From: Dehalococcoidia bacterium
Lineage (GTDB): Bacteria; Chloroflexota; Dehalococcoidia; UBA2979
Assembly: GCA_965219085.1 (NCBI GenBank)
Contig: OZ244720.1
Span: 640,001 to 704,000 of the forward strand
Reading direction: 5' to 3'
DNA: 64,000 nucleotides
Shown: positions 9,801-20,300 of the stretch, piece after piece
Numbering within the stretch: position 1 is the stretch's first letter
Layout: each line of letters starts with the position of its first letter
Made by a program: the position numbers and the translations under genes
Notes under the pieces: model-generated
Seen by the model: the letters and a program-made list of their open reading frames with translations, nothing else
Told to the model about the DNA's origin: nothing
Databases searched by the model: none

Positions 9801-12800
9801 CGGCTCGGCGGCGGTGCACGATTATCACGGAGACGTGTCGGAGGGGTCGGTCAGCTGGTCGCTCTCGGGCGACGACGCCGGGGCCTTCAGCGTCAACACC
9901 GATGGCCTGCTCAGGTTCAAGGCCTCGCCCGACTACGAGGACGAGGATGACCAGAACGCCGACAACGACTACCTAGTGACGGTCGAGGCCACCGTCGAGA
10001 CCGAGACGGACAGCTACACTGGGTCGCTGGAGGTGGTGGTGACCGTCACCGACGATGACGAAGCGCCGGTCGTCAGCGGCCGGACGAGCGTGAACTACCC
10101 GGAGAACAGCACGGCAGCGGTCGCCGACTACGACGCGGAGGACCCGGAGGGCGCCGCGATCACCTGGTCGCTGGCGGGCGACGACGACGGCGCCTTCCAT
10201 ATTGACAACGGCGGTGTGCTGACCTTCAGGATGTCGCCCGACTACGAGGCGCCCCCCGCCGCGAACCGCGACAACGTCTACAACGTCACCGTGCAGGCCT
10301 CCGACGGGAACGAGACCGGCACGCGCGCCGTGACCGTCACGGTCACCAACGACGACGAGCCGCCCGTCATCAGCGGCCCGGCGACCGTCGGCTACGACGA
10401 GGGCGACACGGGGCAGGTGGCGGACTACGACGCCCCGGACCCCGAGGGCGCCACCATCGTCTGGTCGCTCTCCGGAAGCGACGCCAATGACTTCAGCATC
10501 GACGCCAACGGTGTGCTGCGCTTCAACTCGCCACCCGATTTCGAGACCGGCGGCGGCTCGTACACGGTGACGGTGCGGGCCTCGGACGGGGCCAACCCGG
10601 TGACGCAGCCGGTGACCGTGACCGTCAACAACCTGGATGAGCAGGGGACGGTCACCCTGTCGTCGGCGCAGCCGCAGGTGGGGACGTTGCTGTTCGCGAC
10701 CTTCGACGATCCCGACGGCACGACCAGCAATGAGTCGTGGACGTGGGCGCGCTCGACGGACGGGAGCAGTTGGACCGACATCAGCGCCGTACTGTCTCGC
10801 TTCTACACGCCCGTGGCCGATGACGTGGGCAACTACCTGCGGGTGACGGTGTCGTACGACGACGGGCACGGGAGCGGCAAGAACGCGCAGGAGAGCACGG
10901 ACCGACAGGTGCGGGCGGCGCCGGTCAGCAACCAAGACCCGGTGTTCTCCGAGCAGACACCCGCACGCTCCGTGATGGAGAACTCCGGGCCGGGAACGCC
11001 CGTCGGCGCGCCGGTGACCGCCGACGACCCGGACGGCGACACGCTGACCTACGCGATCTCCGGCGGCCGTACGGACCTGTTCAGCGTCGAGGGCAACGGC
11101 CAGATCCGGGTCAAGCCGGGCGCGACGCTCGACTACGAGACGGGGACGACGTCCTACTCGATCACCCTGGAGGCTGCCGACCCCTCCGACGCCGTCGCCA
11201 GCGTCGACGTCAGCATCACCATCACCGATGTCGACGAGCCGCCCGTGGCGATCAACGACGAGGCCAGGACCTCCGAGGACACGGCGTGGGAGTTCGACGT
11301 GCTCGCGAACGACGAGGACCCGGAAGACCCGAGCGGGCAGAGCCTCACCATCTCGCTGCGCCAGTCGCCCGCCAACGGCGTCGTGAAGCTCGCTGACGAC
11401 AGCAAGAAGGTCAGCTATACGCCTCGGGACAACTTCAACGGCTTCGACACGTTCACCTACCGCGCGTTCGACGGCGCCAACTACTCCGCCGACGCCACGG
11501 TCGTCGTGACCGTCCTGGCCCTGAACGACGATCCCGTGTTCCCGGCCGGCCCGTTCGACTTCTCCGTCCAGGAGGGCGCGCCGGGCGCCACCCTCGTCGG
11601 CACGCCGGTGACGGCGACCGACATCGACGGCGAGACGCTGGAGTACACGCTCACCGGTTCGCCGCACTTCGAGATCGACCTCTACAGCGGGCAGATCAGC
11701 GTCGCCCCGGGCGCCGTCCTCGATGCCGAGGACACCCACACGGTGACCGTCAGGGCCGAAGACACCGGGATCTTGTTCGACGAGGTCGACGTGACGATCA
11801 CCGTGACGGAGAGCCGCCCCGTCCGCCGCACCACCGGCGGCGGAGGCGGTGGTGGTGGTGGTGGCCCGTCGGGGCCCTCGCCGAGCGAGCTGGACTTCGA
11901 GTGGAACGTGAAGCGCGACCTCGAAGCGCTGGACGGCGGCCACGACACGCCTACCGGCGCCTGGTCGGACGGCACAACCCTCTGGGTACTCGAGAACGGA
12001 GACGGCGCCGGCGACGCCATCTACGCCTACGACCTGAACACGGGCGAACGCCTGGAGGAGCGCGAGTTCGAACTCGACGAGCGCAACCGCGCGCCGCGCG
12101 GCGTCTGGTCCGGCGGCACGGTCATCTGGGTCTCCGACAGCGGCCAGGACCGCCTCTTCGGCCATGACCTCGAGACGGGCGAGCGGCTGCCGGAGCGCGA
12201 CCTCGAGCTCGACGAGGACAACGGCGCCGCCCGCGGCATCTGGTCGGATGGCGAGAGGATGTGGGTGCTCGACGGCGGCAAGGACAGCCTCTTCGCCTAC
12301 GACCTCGGGAGCGGCGCGCTGGTGGCCGAGTACGCCCTCGACGACGCCAACGGCGACCCTCACGGGATCTGGTCGGACGGGGTGACGATCTGGGTCTCGG
12401 ACCACGGCGCGAAGCGGCTCTTCGCCTACCGCCTCGAGGATGGGGAGCTCGTACGCAACAGCGAGGAGGAGTTCACGGAGCTGAGCAAGGCCTCCAACAA
12501 CAGCCCGCGCGGCATCTGGTCGGACGGCGAGGTGATCTACGTGGCCGACGAGAGCGACGACAAGGTCTACAGCTACAACATGCCCGACGCGATCGACGCG
12601 CGCCTCGCCTCGCTGACGCTGAGCGGCATCGAGATCGGGGAGTTCTCGGGGGACCGCACGGAGTACGACGGCGTCGCCGCCGAGGGCGTGACGGAGACGA
12701 CGGTCGAGGCGGAGGCGCTGCAGCGCCGCACGACCGTCCTCATCGAGCCGGCCGACGCCGGCGGCGACGACACGAACGGCCACCAGCTGGCGCTGGAGGG

Positions 12801-13452
12801 CATCGACGCGATCACGGTCACCGTGACCTCGGCCGACGGCAGCCGCACGCGCGTCTACCGCGTGCGCCTGGGAGACCCGGACCGGCAGGCGACGCCCGAT
12901 CCCTGGACGCACTGCTTGCGCGGCGACATCGCCGAGGGCTTCAGCCTCGTCGTCTATGAGGGTGGCAGCGTCGAGGAGCTGGTCACCTGCGCGGAGAGTC
13001 GCGATGTCGTGGCCCTCTACGCGCTGCACGGCGGCGTCTACGTCTCGTACATCCTTGGAGCGCCGGGGTTCGTGAACCAACCATTCGCCGAGCTGTTCGC
13101 CGATGGTGTCCCCCCGGTCATGCCGCTGGTCGCTGGGAGCAGCGGACCGCCATCAACGGACCCGAACCTCGGCGACGGCGCCCTGTTGCCGTGGCCGGAG
13201 TGCCTGCGCGGCGAGATCGCCGCGGGCTTCAGCCTCGTCATCTACGAGGGCGGTAGCGTCGATGATCTCGTGGCCTGCGCGGAGAGCCTGGACGTCACGG
13301 CCCTCTACGCCCTGCACGACGACCAGTGGGTCTCCTACATCCTCGGAGCGCCCGAGTTCGTGAACCGCCCCTTCCGTGAGCTGTTCACCGACGGCCTTCC
13401 CCCGCTCACGCCGCTGACCGCCAGGAGCGCGGGGCCTCCCGCAGCCAACTGA
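6823..13452 (+). CDS. Giant secreted protein G2 (2209 aa): signal peptide, ~9 FN3 domains, cadherin/Ig repeats, conserved C-terminal module
   Basis: ATG 6823 preferred over the ORF-track start 6544 because it gives signal peptide MTRIRRPGFPVLLAALALGGLMLALSPAGAPPVDA, nearly identical to the G6 start. FN3 motifs W..P..DGG..IT.YDLRY and YDVQVRA are present. Confidence 0.9.
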   Translation: MTRIRRPGFPVLLAALALGGLMLALSPAGAPPVDAQQGSVPDQPTGLVTTAVHDSVALSWNDPGDTSITHYQVLRRDRDVHAAGEFVTIKENTGSPATSYTDTTVAPERRYTYRVQAVNRHGVSQWSSFARADTPAAPAPPPEDESSPADLAPSGLTAEAGADGGVALTWTAPAADAAAVTGYELLRAAGKAEPASLALTAVTSTAHTDTTATQAGETYSYQVKALRDQEQSEGSNRASVTLPQHTPGPGDAQARQTKPGTPTLVEVGAGDTKLRVIWKAPPPESGAPINTYDLRYIETSADEAIETNWTVIETIWDRLGMAGPYEYTLTALTNGTGYDVQVRARAASGPAGTGDWSNTLSDTPAAVPDAPGAPQVTRSDGMLDFTWSAPADNGTGAITSYDLRYRAGSGDWTEITGVWTETDGGALAGNLPNLTNGVTYRLQVRAVNANGGGLWSAGAEGVPATLPGVPRFVTKWTSGDGYLGVLWSSPESDGGANVTHYDLRYIETSANAMIDGNWTEKLDVSTRASSYRLTGLTNLVEYRLQLRAVNDVGPGPWDTGFKDTPRKPPGPPSIDLVTSADGSLTIAYSPPPVVEGAGDIASYRLSWIRGHTGGLWSVANDLPTSAPLEYTISGLNNGARYTLELRVYDEFGDYNDSVRAVGIPGAPTSPAAPTIDALTASSGAFSITWEAPYNGGAAITSYDLRYIRNDAASKADANWTLEEEVWSAGALWYALSGLTDWVAYDVQVRAENSVGVGAWSATKTGTPGTAPSAPTIDEVYYVDDEFRRMLMEWTAPTSDGGSTITNYHVRFTYTASQQSEVFDDFWDPSKALGVVLPLNPHDVGVEVGFEVRAVNVAAAGPWSAMTTWTTPGTPDAPTGVTAVAADRKIIVTWEAAVTGDAAVIAYDLRYRWIIPGSPNKFWTLIRDVWTPGSGELRYTRTGVPNHREHGVQVRARNHLSLIVSGEGWSATVRATPVPLPTVQGDAAVLYEENGSAAVHDYHGDVSEGSVSWSLSGDDAGAFSVNTDGLLRFKASPDYEDEDDQNADNDYLVTVEATVETETDSYTGSLEVVVTVTDDDEAPVVSGRTSVNYPENSTAAVADYDAEDPEGAAITWSLAGDDDGAFHIDNGGVLTFRMSPDYEAPPAANRDNVYNVTVQASDGNETGTRAVTVTVTNDDEPPVISGPATVGYDEGDTGQVADYDAPDPEGATIVWSLSGSDANDFSIDANGVLRFNSPPDFETGGGSYTVTVRASDGANPVTQPVTVTVNNLDEQGTVTLSSAQPQVGTLLFATFDDPDGTTSNESWTWARSTDGSSWTDISAVLSRFYTPVADDVGNYLRVTVSYDDGHGSGKNAQESTDRQVRAAPVSNQDPVFSEQTPARSVMENSGPGTPVGAPVTADDPDGDTLTYAISGGRTDLFSVEGNGQIRVKPGATLDYETGTTSYSITLEAADPSDAVASVDVSITITDVDEPPVAINDEARTSEDTAWEFDVLANDEDPEDPSGQSLTISLRQSPANGVVKLADDSKKVSYTPRDNFNGFDTFTYRAFDGANYSADATVVVTVLALNDDPVFPAGPFDFSVQEGAPGATLVGTPVTATDIDGETLEYTLTGSPHFEIDLYSGQISVAPGAVLDAEDTHTVTVRAEDTGILFDEVDVTITVTESRPVRRTTGGGGGGGGGGPSGPSPSELDFEWNVKRDLEALDGGHDTPTGAWSDGTTLWVLENGDGAGDAIYAYDLNTGERLEEREFELDERNRAPRGVWSGGTVIWVSDSGQDRLFGHDLETGERLPERDLELDEDNGAARGIWSDGERMWVLDGGKDSLFAYDLGSGALVAEYALDDANGDPHGIWSDGVTIWVSDHGAKRLFAYRLEDGELVRNSEEEFTELSKASNNSPRGIWSDGEVIYVADESDDKVYSYNMPDAIDARLASLTLSGIEIGEFSGDRTEYDGVAAEGVTETTVEAEALQRRTTVLIEPADAGGDDTNGHQLALEGIDAITVTVTSADGSRTRVYRVRLGDPDRQATPDPWTHCLRGDIAEGFSLVVYEGGSVEELVTCAESRDVVALYALHGGVYVSYILGAPGFVNQPFAELFADGVPPVMPLVAGSSGPPSTDPNLGDGALLPWPECLRGEIAAGFSLVIYEGGSVDDLVACAESLDVTALYALHDDQWVSYILGAPEFVNRPFRELFTDGLPPLTPLTARSAGPPAAN
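11881..13452 (+). repeat. Conserved C-terminal module copy 2
   Basis: PSELDFEW...GPPAAN*. Shadow ORFs across this region translate identically to those over copy 1, indicating near-identical DNA. Confidence 0.95.
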
Positions 13453-13569
13453 TCTCCCCGCGCAACCTGCGTCTGCTGGGCGAGACGTGCGTCCGGGCCG
13501 TCGGGTTCGCCGGGCTCCGGGCCACGGGCTCGCGCTCCAGCTCGAGGGGCTCCTCGACCGTCGCGGGCG
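13453..13569 (+). repeat. Downstream intergenic repeat shared by G2 and G6
   Basis: TCTCCCCGCGCAACCTGCGTCTGCTGGGCGAGACG...TCGAGG-ggct-CCTCGA...CGCGGGCG recurs at 37793-37909. Confidence 0.85.
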
Positions 13570-13689
13570 AGACGCGGACTCGGTCGAGTCGGTCTTCGCG
13601 CGGGCGCGGCAGGTCGCGGGGCAGGCGGAGACGGTGCTGGTGGGTGCGGAGTGGCGCGCACCGCAACCACAAGTCGTCGTAGTTCACGC

Positions 13690-13880
13690 CAACGGCAACG
13701 GCGCGCGACGGCAATGGCGCGGCATCTGGTCTGATGGCGGAGCGAGATCGCCGTCACCGTCCCCTCGCAGGACGCCCACCCGCACGCGCGCCGACCGGGT
13801 GCGGCTCGCGATCGCGGAGCCCCTCGCCCGACTGCCTGCCCGGTCATCGCCACAGGCTTCTGTCTCGTCGTCTACGGAGG
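13690..13880 (+). pseudogene. Decayed, internally deleted relic of a C-terminal module
   Basis: Colinear fragments: CGCGGCATCTGGTCTGATGGCG (RGIWSDG), GAGATCGCCGTCACCGTCCCCTCGCAGGAC (EIxVTVxSQD), CGGGTGCGGCTC (RVRL), TGCCTG...ATCGCCACAGGCTTCTGTCTCGTCGTCTAC (CL..IAxGFxLVVY), with frameshifts. Confidence 0.75.
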
Positions 13881-13891
13881 CAATCTGCACT

Positions 13892-13969
13892 GTTCACGAC
13901 ACTTTCATATCTAATGATGCCCTAATTCACGCTGCATGCACTGACACCCGGCCAGTTAGCAGGAAGAAT
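13892..13969 (+). promoter_or_regulatory. Putative promoter copy (divergent) upstream of the prodomain-like ORF and protease G4
   Basis: GTTCAC(13892)-TTTCAT(13903)...ATTCAC(13925)-ATGCAC(13936), then CTGACA-N17-AAGAAT. Confidence 0.65.
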
Positions 13970-14058
13970 CGAACCGTGTCCGGCTGCGGAGGCGTAGCGC
14001 CGCCCGCGACAGGAGGTCCCTGCGTGGCCGATTCCTGCGATTCCGCACGAGCCAGGCG

Positions 14059-14304
14059 ATGACGCTGCCCGGCGGGGTGCTGCTGGTGCTGGACGCCGCG
14101 TGGGAGCGGGCGCAGGTCGCTGACTTCCTCGTCCGGAACACGATCGCGCAGAGCCGCGTATCGGAGCTGGGATTCGCTCCGAACGCCTTCCTCGTGGAGA
14201 CCGATCCCGGGTTCCCGTCGCTGGACCTGGCGAACGCCCTGGCCGGTCAGGACGGGGTGCTGAGCTCGAGCCCGAGCTGGCGCAGGGAAGTGGTCGCCAC
14301 GTGA
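14059..14304 (+). CDS. Small protein resembling a stand-alone S8 protease prodomain (81 aa, possibly 5'-truncated)
   Basis: C-terminal SLDLANALAGQDGVLSSSPSW resembles the 'LANxL...V..A.PN' end of subtilase propeptides. Its stop overlaps the GTG of G4 (GTGA). A partial copy precedes the other protease, G9. Confidence 0.55.
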   Translation: MTLPGGVLLVLDAAWERAQVADFLVRNTIAQSRVSELGFAPNAFLVETDPGFPSLDLANALAGQDGVLSSSPSWRREVVAT

Positions 14305-17300
14305 GGTGGCCGGCGCTGCTGGCTGCCTGCGTGCTCCTTGGCGTCATGGCCGCGCCCGGCCTCGCGCGCGCGCAGATGCCGCCGCCCGTCGCCGCCCCGA
14401 CCGTCGACTCGGTCACCCGCGGCGACGAGTCGCTGATCGTGCACTGGACGGCGCCCGCCGGCGTCGACGCGGCCGATATCAGCGCCTACGACCTGCGCTC
14501 GATCGAGAGCGACGCCCCGGACAAGGCCGCCGGCCTCTGGACCCCCGTGTTGGACGCCTGGAGCGCGGGCGACCTGCGCTACCTCCTCAGCGGCCTGACC
14601 AACGACACGCAGTACGACGTGCAGGTGCGCGCGGTCACGATGGATGGCGAGGGCTCTTGGTCGGCCACCGTCACCGGCACGCCTGCCGACCACAGCGGCG
14701 CGACCGCCGGCGCGACCGCGCTGGCGCTCGACTCCACGGCGACCGGCGTCATCGAGTCGGGCGACGACGAGGATTTCTTCAAGATCGTGCTGAGCAGCGC
14801 CGCCGACCTGTGGCTCTACACGACCAGCAATCTCGACAGCGTGGGCGTACTGTACGACTCCATCGGCGACGTCCTCGAATCCGACGATAACGGCTTGTGG
14901 CCGGACGGGCCGCAGGACTTCGAGATCCGCGCCGAGCTGGAAGCGGGAACCTACTATGTCAGCGTCGGCGGTAACCACTCGAAGGTCACCGGGCCGTACA
15001 CGCTGCATGCGCGAACGGCGACCGCCGCCGGCGGCTCCCTCGCCGACGCGACGGCCATCACCCTCGGGGCCCCGGCGCCGGGGCGGATCGACGCGGCGGA
15101 CGACCGGGACTTCTTCAAGATCGTGCTGACCAGCGCCGCCGATCTGTGGATCGTCTCCAGCAGCGACACTGATCTGGTCGGGAAGCTGCTCGATGCCCAC
15201 GGGGTTGTCATCGCCCAAAATGACGACAGCTACCTTTGGTTCAGCCGTGCCAACTTCGCGATCTGGCACGAGGTGGAGGCGGGCGCCTATTACATCGAGG
15301 TGCGCGCTTTTCAATCGAGGACCGGACCGTATACGCTCCACGCCCGAACGCTCACCCCACCCGGTGGCTCGATCGCCGCCGCCGCGGACATCGACCTGCT
15401 GCAAACGCCGGCGCGGCTGGACTCGGCGGCCGACGAGCACTACTTCGCCCTCACGATCGATGCCGACGAATACCTGTATATGGACGCGGTTGTCAGCCAT
15501 GCCTTATTCCGTCCCGACGACCCCGCGTCGCTGGCTGCGGAGGTCTTCGACCAGGATGGCAATCCGGTGGACATCTATCAGATCCCCCACAGCGCCTACA
15601 TCGAGGACGGGCGGTCGTCCATCAGTTTTTCGATCTTCGGCAAACTCAGCGCCGGCACGAACTACTTCAAGATCTCGTCTCCCTCTGGCAAGCCCGGACC
15701 TTACCTATTCACGATCTATGGCGATATCGCGTACACCAGATTCATCAATGAATGCATCGCCCTGGAGACCCCAGTCAGCGACCCCCTGTACGGATGTCAG
15801 TGGCACCTGCGCAACAGCGGGCAATACCCCGGAGGGGCGGAACAGGACATCAACGTCGAAGCCGCGTGGACCACGACCAAGGGCGCCGGCGTGAACGTCG
15901 CCGTGGTCGACGACGGGATGCACCTCGAGCACGAAGACCTGACGGGCAACGCCGACCCATCCCGCAACCGGAACTACTCCGCTCGCGCCGGCATATTCAA
16001 CCCCTTCGAGACCCACGGGACGCGCGTGGCCGGCCTGATCGCGGCGCGGGACAACAACATCGGCATGCGCGGCGTCGCGCCCCAGGCCACGATCTACGGC
16101 TACAACCTGTTGGCGGACTCCACGGACGCGAATACGGCGGACGCCATGTTCCGGATGGGCGAGGGGTCCACGACGGGGGACGAGGACACCGCCGTGTCCA
16201 GCAATAGCTGGGGACCACCAGGCAACTTCATCCCGCAGGCCGCACCCGCCGTCTGGGAGCTGGCCGTCCAGAAGGGGGTGACGATCGGCAACCACGGCAA
16301 GGGGGTCTTCTACGTCTTTGCCGCCGGCAACGGAGCGATCATCGACGGCGCCAATCTGAGCGAACACGCGAACTACTACGCCGTCACCGCCGTCTGTGCC
16401 GTCAACCACGACGATGTGAGAAGCGTCTACTCGGAAGTGGGCGCGAACCTGTGGGTATGCGCTCCATCCAGTGATAGTCATGATACTGGTCTGCCGTGGA
16501 TCGCGACGACCGATACCGGCCACCGCTACACGCCCAGCTTCGGGCGCACGTCCGCCGCCGCTCCCATGGTCTCCGGCGTGGCCGCGCTGCTGCGCAGCGC
16601 CAATCCCAGCCTGACCTGGCGGGACCTCAAGCTCATCCTCGCCGCGTCCGCACGCAAGAACGATGCCGACAACACGGGCTGGCAGGAGGGCGCCCTGAAG
16701 TACGGCTCTACCACAGACGACGACCGTTATTCGTTCAACCACGAGTACGGCTTTGGCGTGGTGGACGCCGGGGCCGCCGTCGCTCTGGCCGATGGCTGGA
16801 GCAACGTTCCGGCTCTGCGGGAGATCAGCGCGGAATCGGCCGACGAGGATCTGCAGATTCCCGACGCTCCGAGCCTCATGACCCCGGGCAACTCGGTCAC
16901 CAGCAGCGTGACCGTCGACCCCTATGTGGGATTTGTCGAGTTCGTCGGGATCAACGTCACGTTCGACCACACGTTCTTCCGCGATCTGGAGGTTCTGCTG
17001 ATATCCCCCTCCGGCGCCACGTCGCAGCTGACCCGCGCCTGGTCATTCGTGGGAAGAACAGTGAATTACGCCATCCGCTTCGGCTCGGCGCGGCATCTCG
17101 GCGAGAACGCCGCCGGCGAGTGGACGCTTCGCATCACGGACAAGTGGCCGGGTGGACAGGGAAAGCTCGTTGGGTGGAGCCTGACCGCCTACGGACATGG
17201 GTTCTCGCCCGGGCGCCCCGAAATCGGCATGGTGGCGCCCGGCCTCGGCGAGCTGACGGTTGACTGGAGCGCCCCCGGCGACATCGGCGGCTCGGCCGTC

Positions 17301-20300
17301 AGCGCCTACGACCTGCGCTCTATCGAGAGTGACGCCGCCGACAAGTCGGACGACAACTGGACCGTGGAGGCAGGCATCGGGACCGTGGGCGACCTGCAGT
17401 ACACGGTCTCCGGCCTGGACGCCGGCTCCGCCTACGACGTGCAGGTGCGGGCGGTCAACGCCGCCGGCGCGGGTCCCTGGTCGGCCACGCGAGTCGGGGC
17501 AACCGTTGCCACCGACGACGCCAGCCTCAGCGCCCTGGCGCTGAGCGAGGGCAGGCTGGCGCCGGCGTTCGCCGGCGGGGTGACGTCGTACACGGCATCG
17601 GTCGGGTACACGGTCACGCAGATCACCGTCGCCGCCACCGTGAACGACGCCGGCGCCGCGGTCGCGTTCCTCGACGGCAATGGCAACGCGCTCGCCGACG
17701 CCGACGGCAACGCGACCGGCCAGCAGGTCAACCTGTCGGTGGGCGACAACGCGATCAACGCGCAGGTGACGGCGCGTGACGGCGTCACTACGCAGACCTA
17801 CACCCTCACGGTCACGCGGACGCAGGAGGACACGTCGCTGACGCCACCTGCGAGCGACCCCGTCGTCGCGGTCGCGTCGTCGGCCGTCTACACGATCACG
17901 TTCCAGGGGAAGTGGACCAGCGCCGTCACGCCGGAGGGCCTGCCCGGCAACGCCCACTTCTCGCGCCTCATCGGCGCCGTCCACAACGCCGCCGTGACCT
18001 TTCTCGAGAGCGGCAGGACGGCCAGCGCCGGCGTCGAGTCGATGGCGGAGAACGGGTTGACGTCGGCCCTCTGGAGCGAAATCACCAACGCCGGGCCGAA
18101 CGCGACCGCCGTCCTCGAGGGGACCACGAACTCCATCGACCCAACCCTCTCAAGGACGCTCAGCGGCGTCACGCTCAGCACCGAGCACCCGCGGGTCACG
18201 CTGACGACGATGGTCGCCCCGAGCCCGGACTGGTTCGTCGGCGTCTCGGGGCTGCCCCTGCTCGACGGCATGGGTCGCTGGCTGCGCTCGCACGAGGTGA
18301 ACCTCTACCCGTGGGACGCCGGGACCGAGGACGGGACCGGGTTCTCGCTGTCGAACCCGGCGACCTCGCCGCAGGGCGTGATCACGAGCATCCGCGGGAC
18401 GGGCAAGTTCTCGACCGCGCGGATCGCGACCTTGACATTCACGCTCCAGTCGGTCTCCCCGTCCTTCCCCGCCGGCGAGAGCGGCGCCCGCAGCATCCCC
18501 GAGAACACGGCCGCCGGACAGAACGTCGGCGCGCCGGTCGCGGCCACGGACTCCGACGGCGAGACGCTCAGCTACACGCTGGGCGGGACCGACGCCGCGT
18601 CGTTCGACATCGTCGCCACGTCGGGCCAGCTGCGGACGCAGGCGGCTCTCGACTACGAGACCAAGTCCGGCTACGCGGTGACGGTCACGGTCACGGATCC
18701 CTCCGGCCTCAGCGCCGCGGTCGACGTGACCATCAGCGTCACGAACGTGAACGACCCTCCCCTGGTCACGGGCGATACCGAGGTGAGCTACGCCGAGAAC
18801 GACACGTCGGACGTGACCACCTACGGCGCCACGGACCCCGACGACGACACGATCACCTGGTCGCTCTTGGGGACGGACGGCGGCGACTTCGGCATCAGCG
18901 ACATCGGCGTGCTGCGCTTCGCCACCACGCCCGACTTCGAGACGCCGGTCGACGCCAATCGGGACAACGTCTACGAGGTGACCGTGCGTGCCGACGACGG
19001 CGCCGACCCCGTCACGCTCGGCCTGACCGTGACCGTGACCAACGACGGCCAGCCGCCGGAGTTTCCCTCCGCGACGGACACGCAGGGGGTCGCCGAGAAC
19101 AGCCCCACGTCGACGGTCGTCGCCACGGTCACGGCGACCGACCCCGACGGCGAGGCGCTCACCTACACGCTGGGCGGCGCCGACGCGGCGTCGTTCGACA
19201 TCGCCAATAGCGCCGTCGGGCAGTTGCGCGCCCAGGCGGCGCTCGACTACGAGGCCCAGAGTTCGTACCAGGTCGTCGTCACGGCCACGGACCCCTACGG
19301 CCTGAGCGACAGCATCACGCTGACCATCAGCGTCAGCGACGTGAACGAGGCGCCGGCCTTCCCGGCCGGCGAGAGCGGCGCCCGCAGCATCCCCGAGAAC
19401 ACGGGCGCCGGACAGAACATCGGCGCGCCGGTCGCGGCCGCGGACGACGACAACGACGCGCTGACCTACACCCTGGGCGGCACGGACGCCGCGTCCTTCC
19501 GCATCGGCGCCTCGTCGGGCCAACTGCGCACCGATGCGGCGCTGGATCGCGAGACGAAGAGCGCCTACACGGTCAGCGTCGGGGTCCGCGACAGCCGGGA
19601 CGCCGGCGGCAACCCGGACACGGCCACGGACGACACGATCACGGTCACGATCGCCATCACCGACGTGAACGAGCCGCCGGTCATCGACGGCCCGGCCAGC
19701 GTCAACTTCGCCGAGGGCGGCACGGGAACGGTCGCCACCTACACCGCCACGGACCCGGAGGGCGCCATCATCTGGGAGCCGCTTGCGGGGCCGGACCGCG
19801 ACCACTTCACTTTCAGCGGCGGCGTGCTGGGCTTCGTCGCGCCGCCCGACTTCGAGTCGCCCGTGGACAACGGCGGCAACAACGAGTACTCGGTCAGGGT
19901 GCGCGCCTCCGACGGCGCGAACCCGGCCACGCTCGACGTGACGGTGACCGTCGTCAACGAGGAGGAGCCGGGGACGCTCGGCCTCTCCTCGCAGCAGCCG
20001 CTGGTGGGGACCACGCTCGGGGCGACGCTGACGGATCCCGATCGCGTGCTCAGCGAGTCGTGGTCCTGGCGCCGCTCCCTGAACCGCAGCACCTGGAGCG
20101 AGATCACGGGGGCGACGTCAGCCAGCTACACCCCGCTCGCGGCCGACGACCTCAACCACTACCTGCAGGTCACGGTCGAGTACACCGACGGCCACGGCTC
20201 CGGCAAGCGCCTGACGCAGGCGACGGACGATGTGGTGGAGGAGCCACCGCCGGTGAACAACCCGCCGGCGTTCGCCGACCCGAGCACGTCGCGCTCCGTC

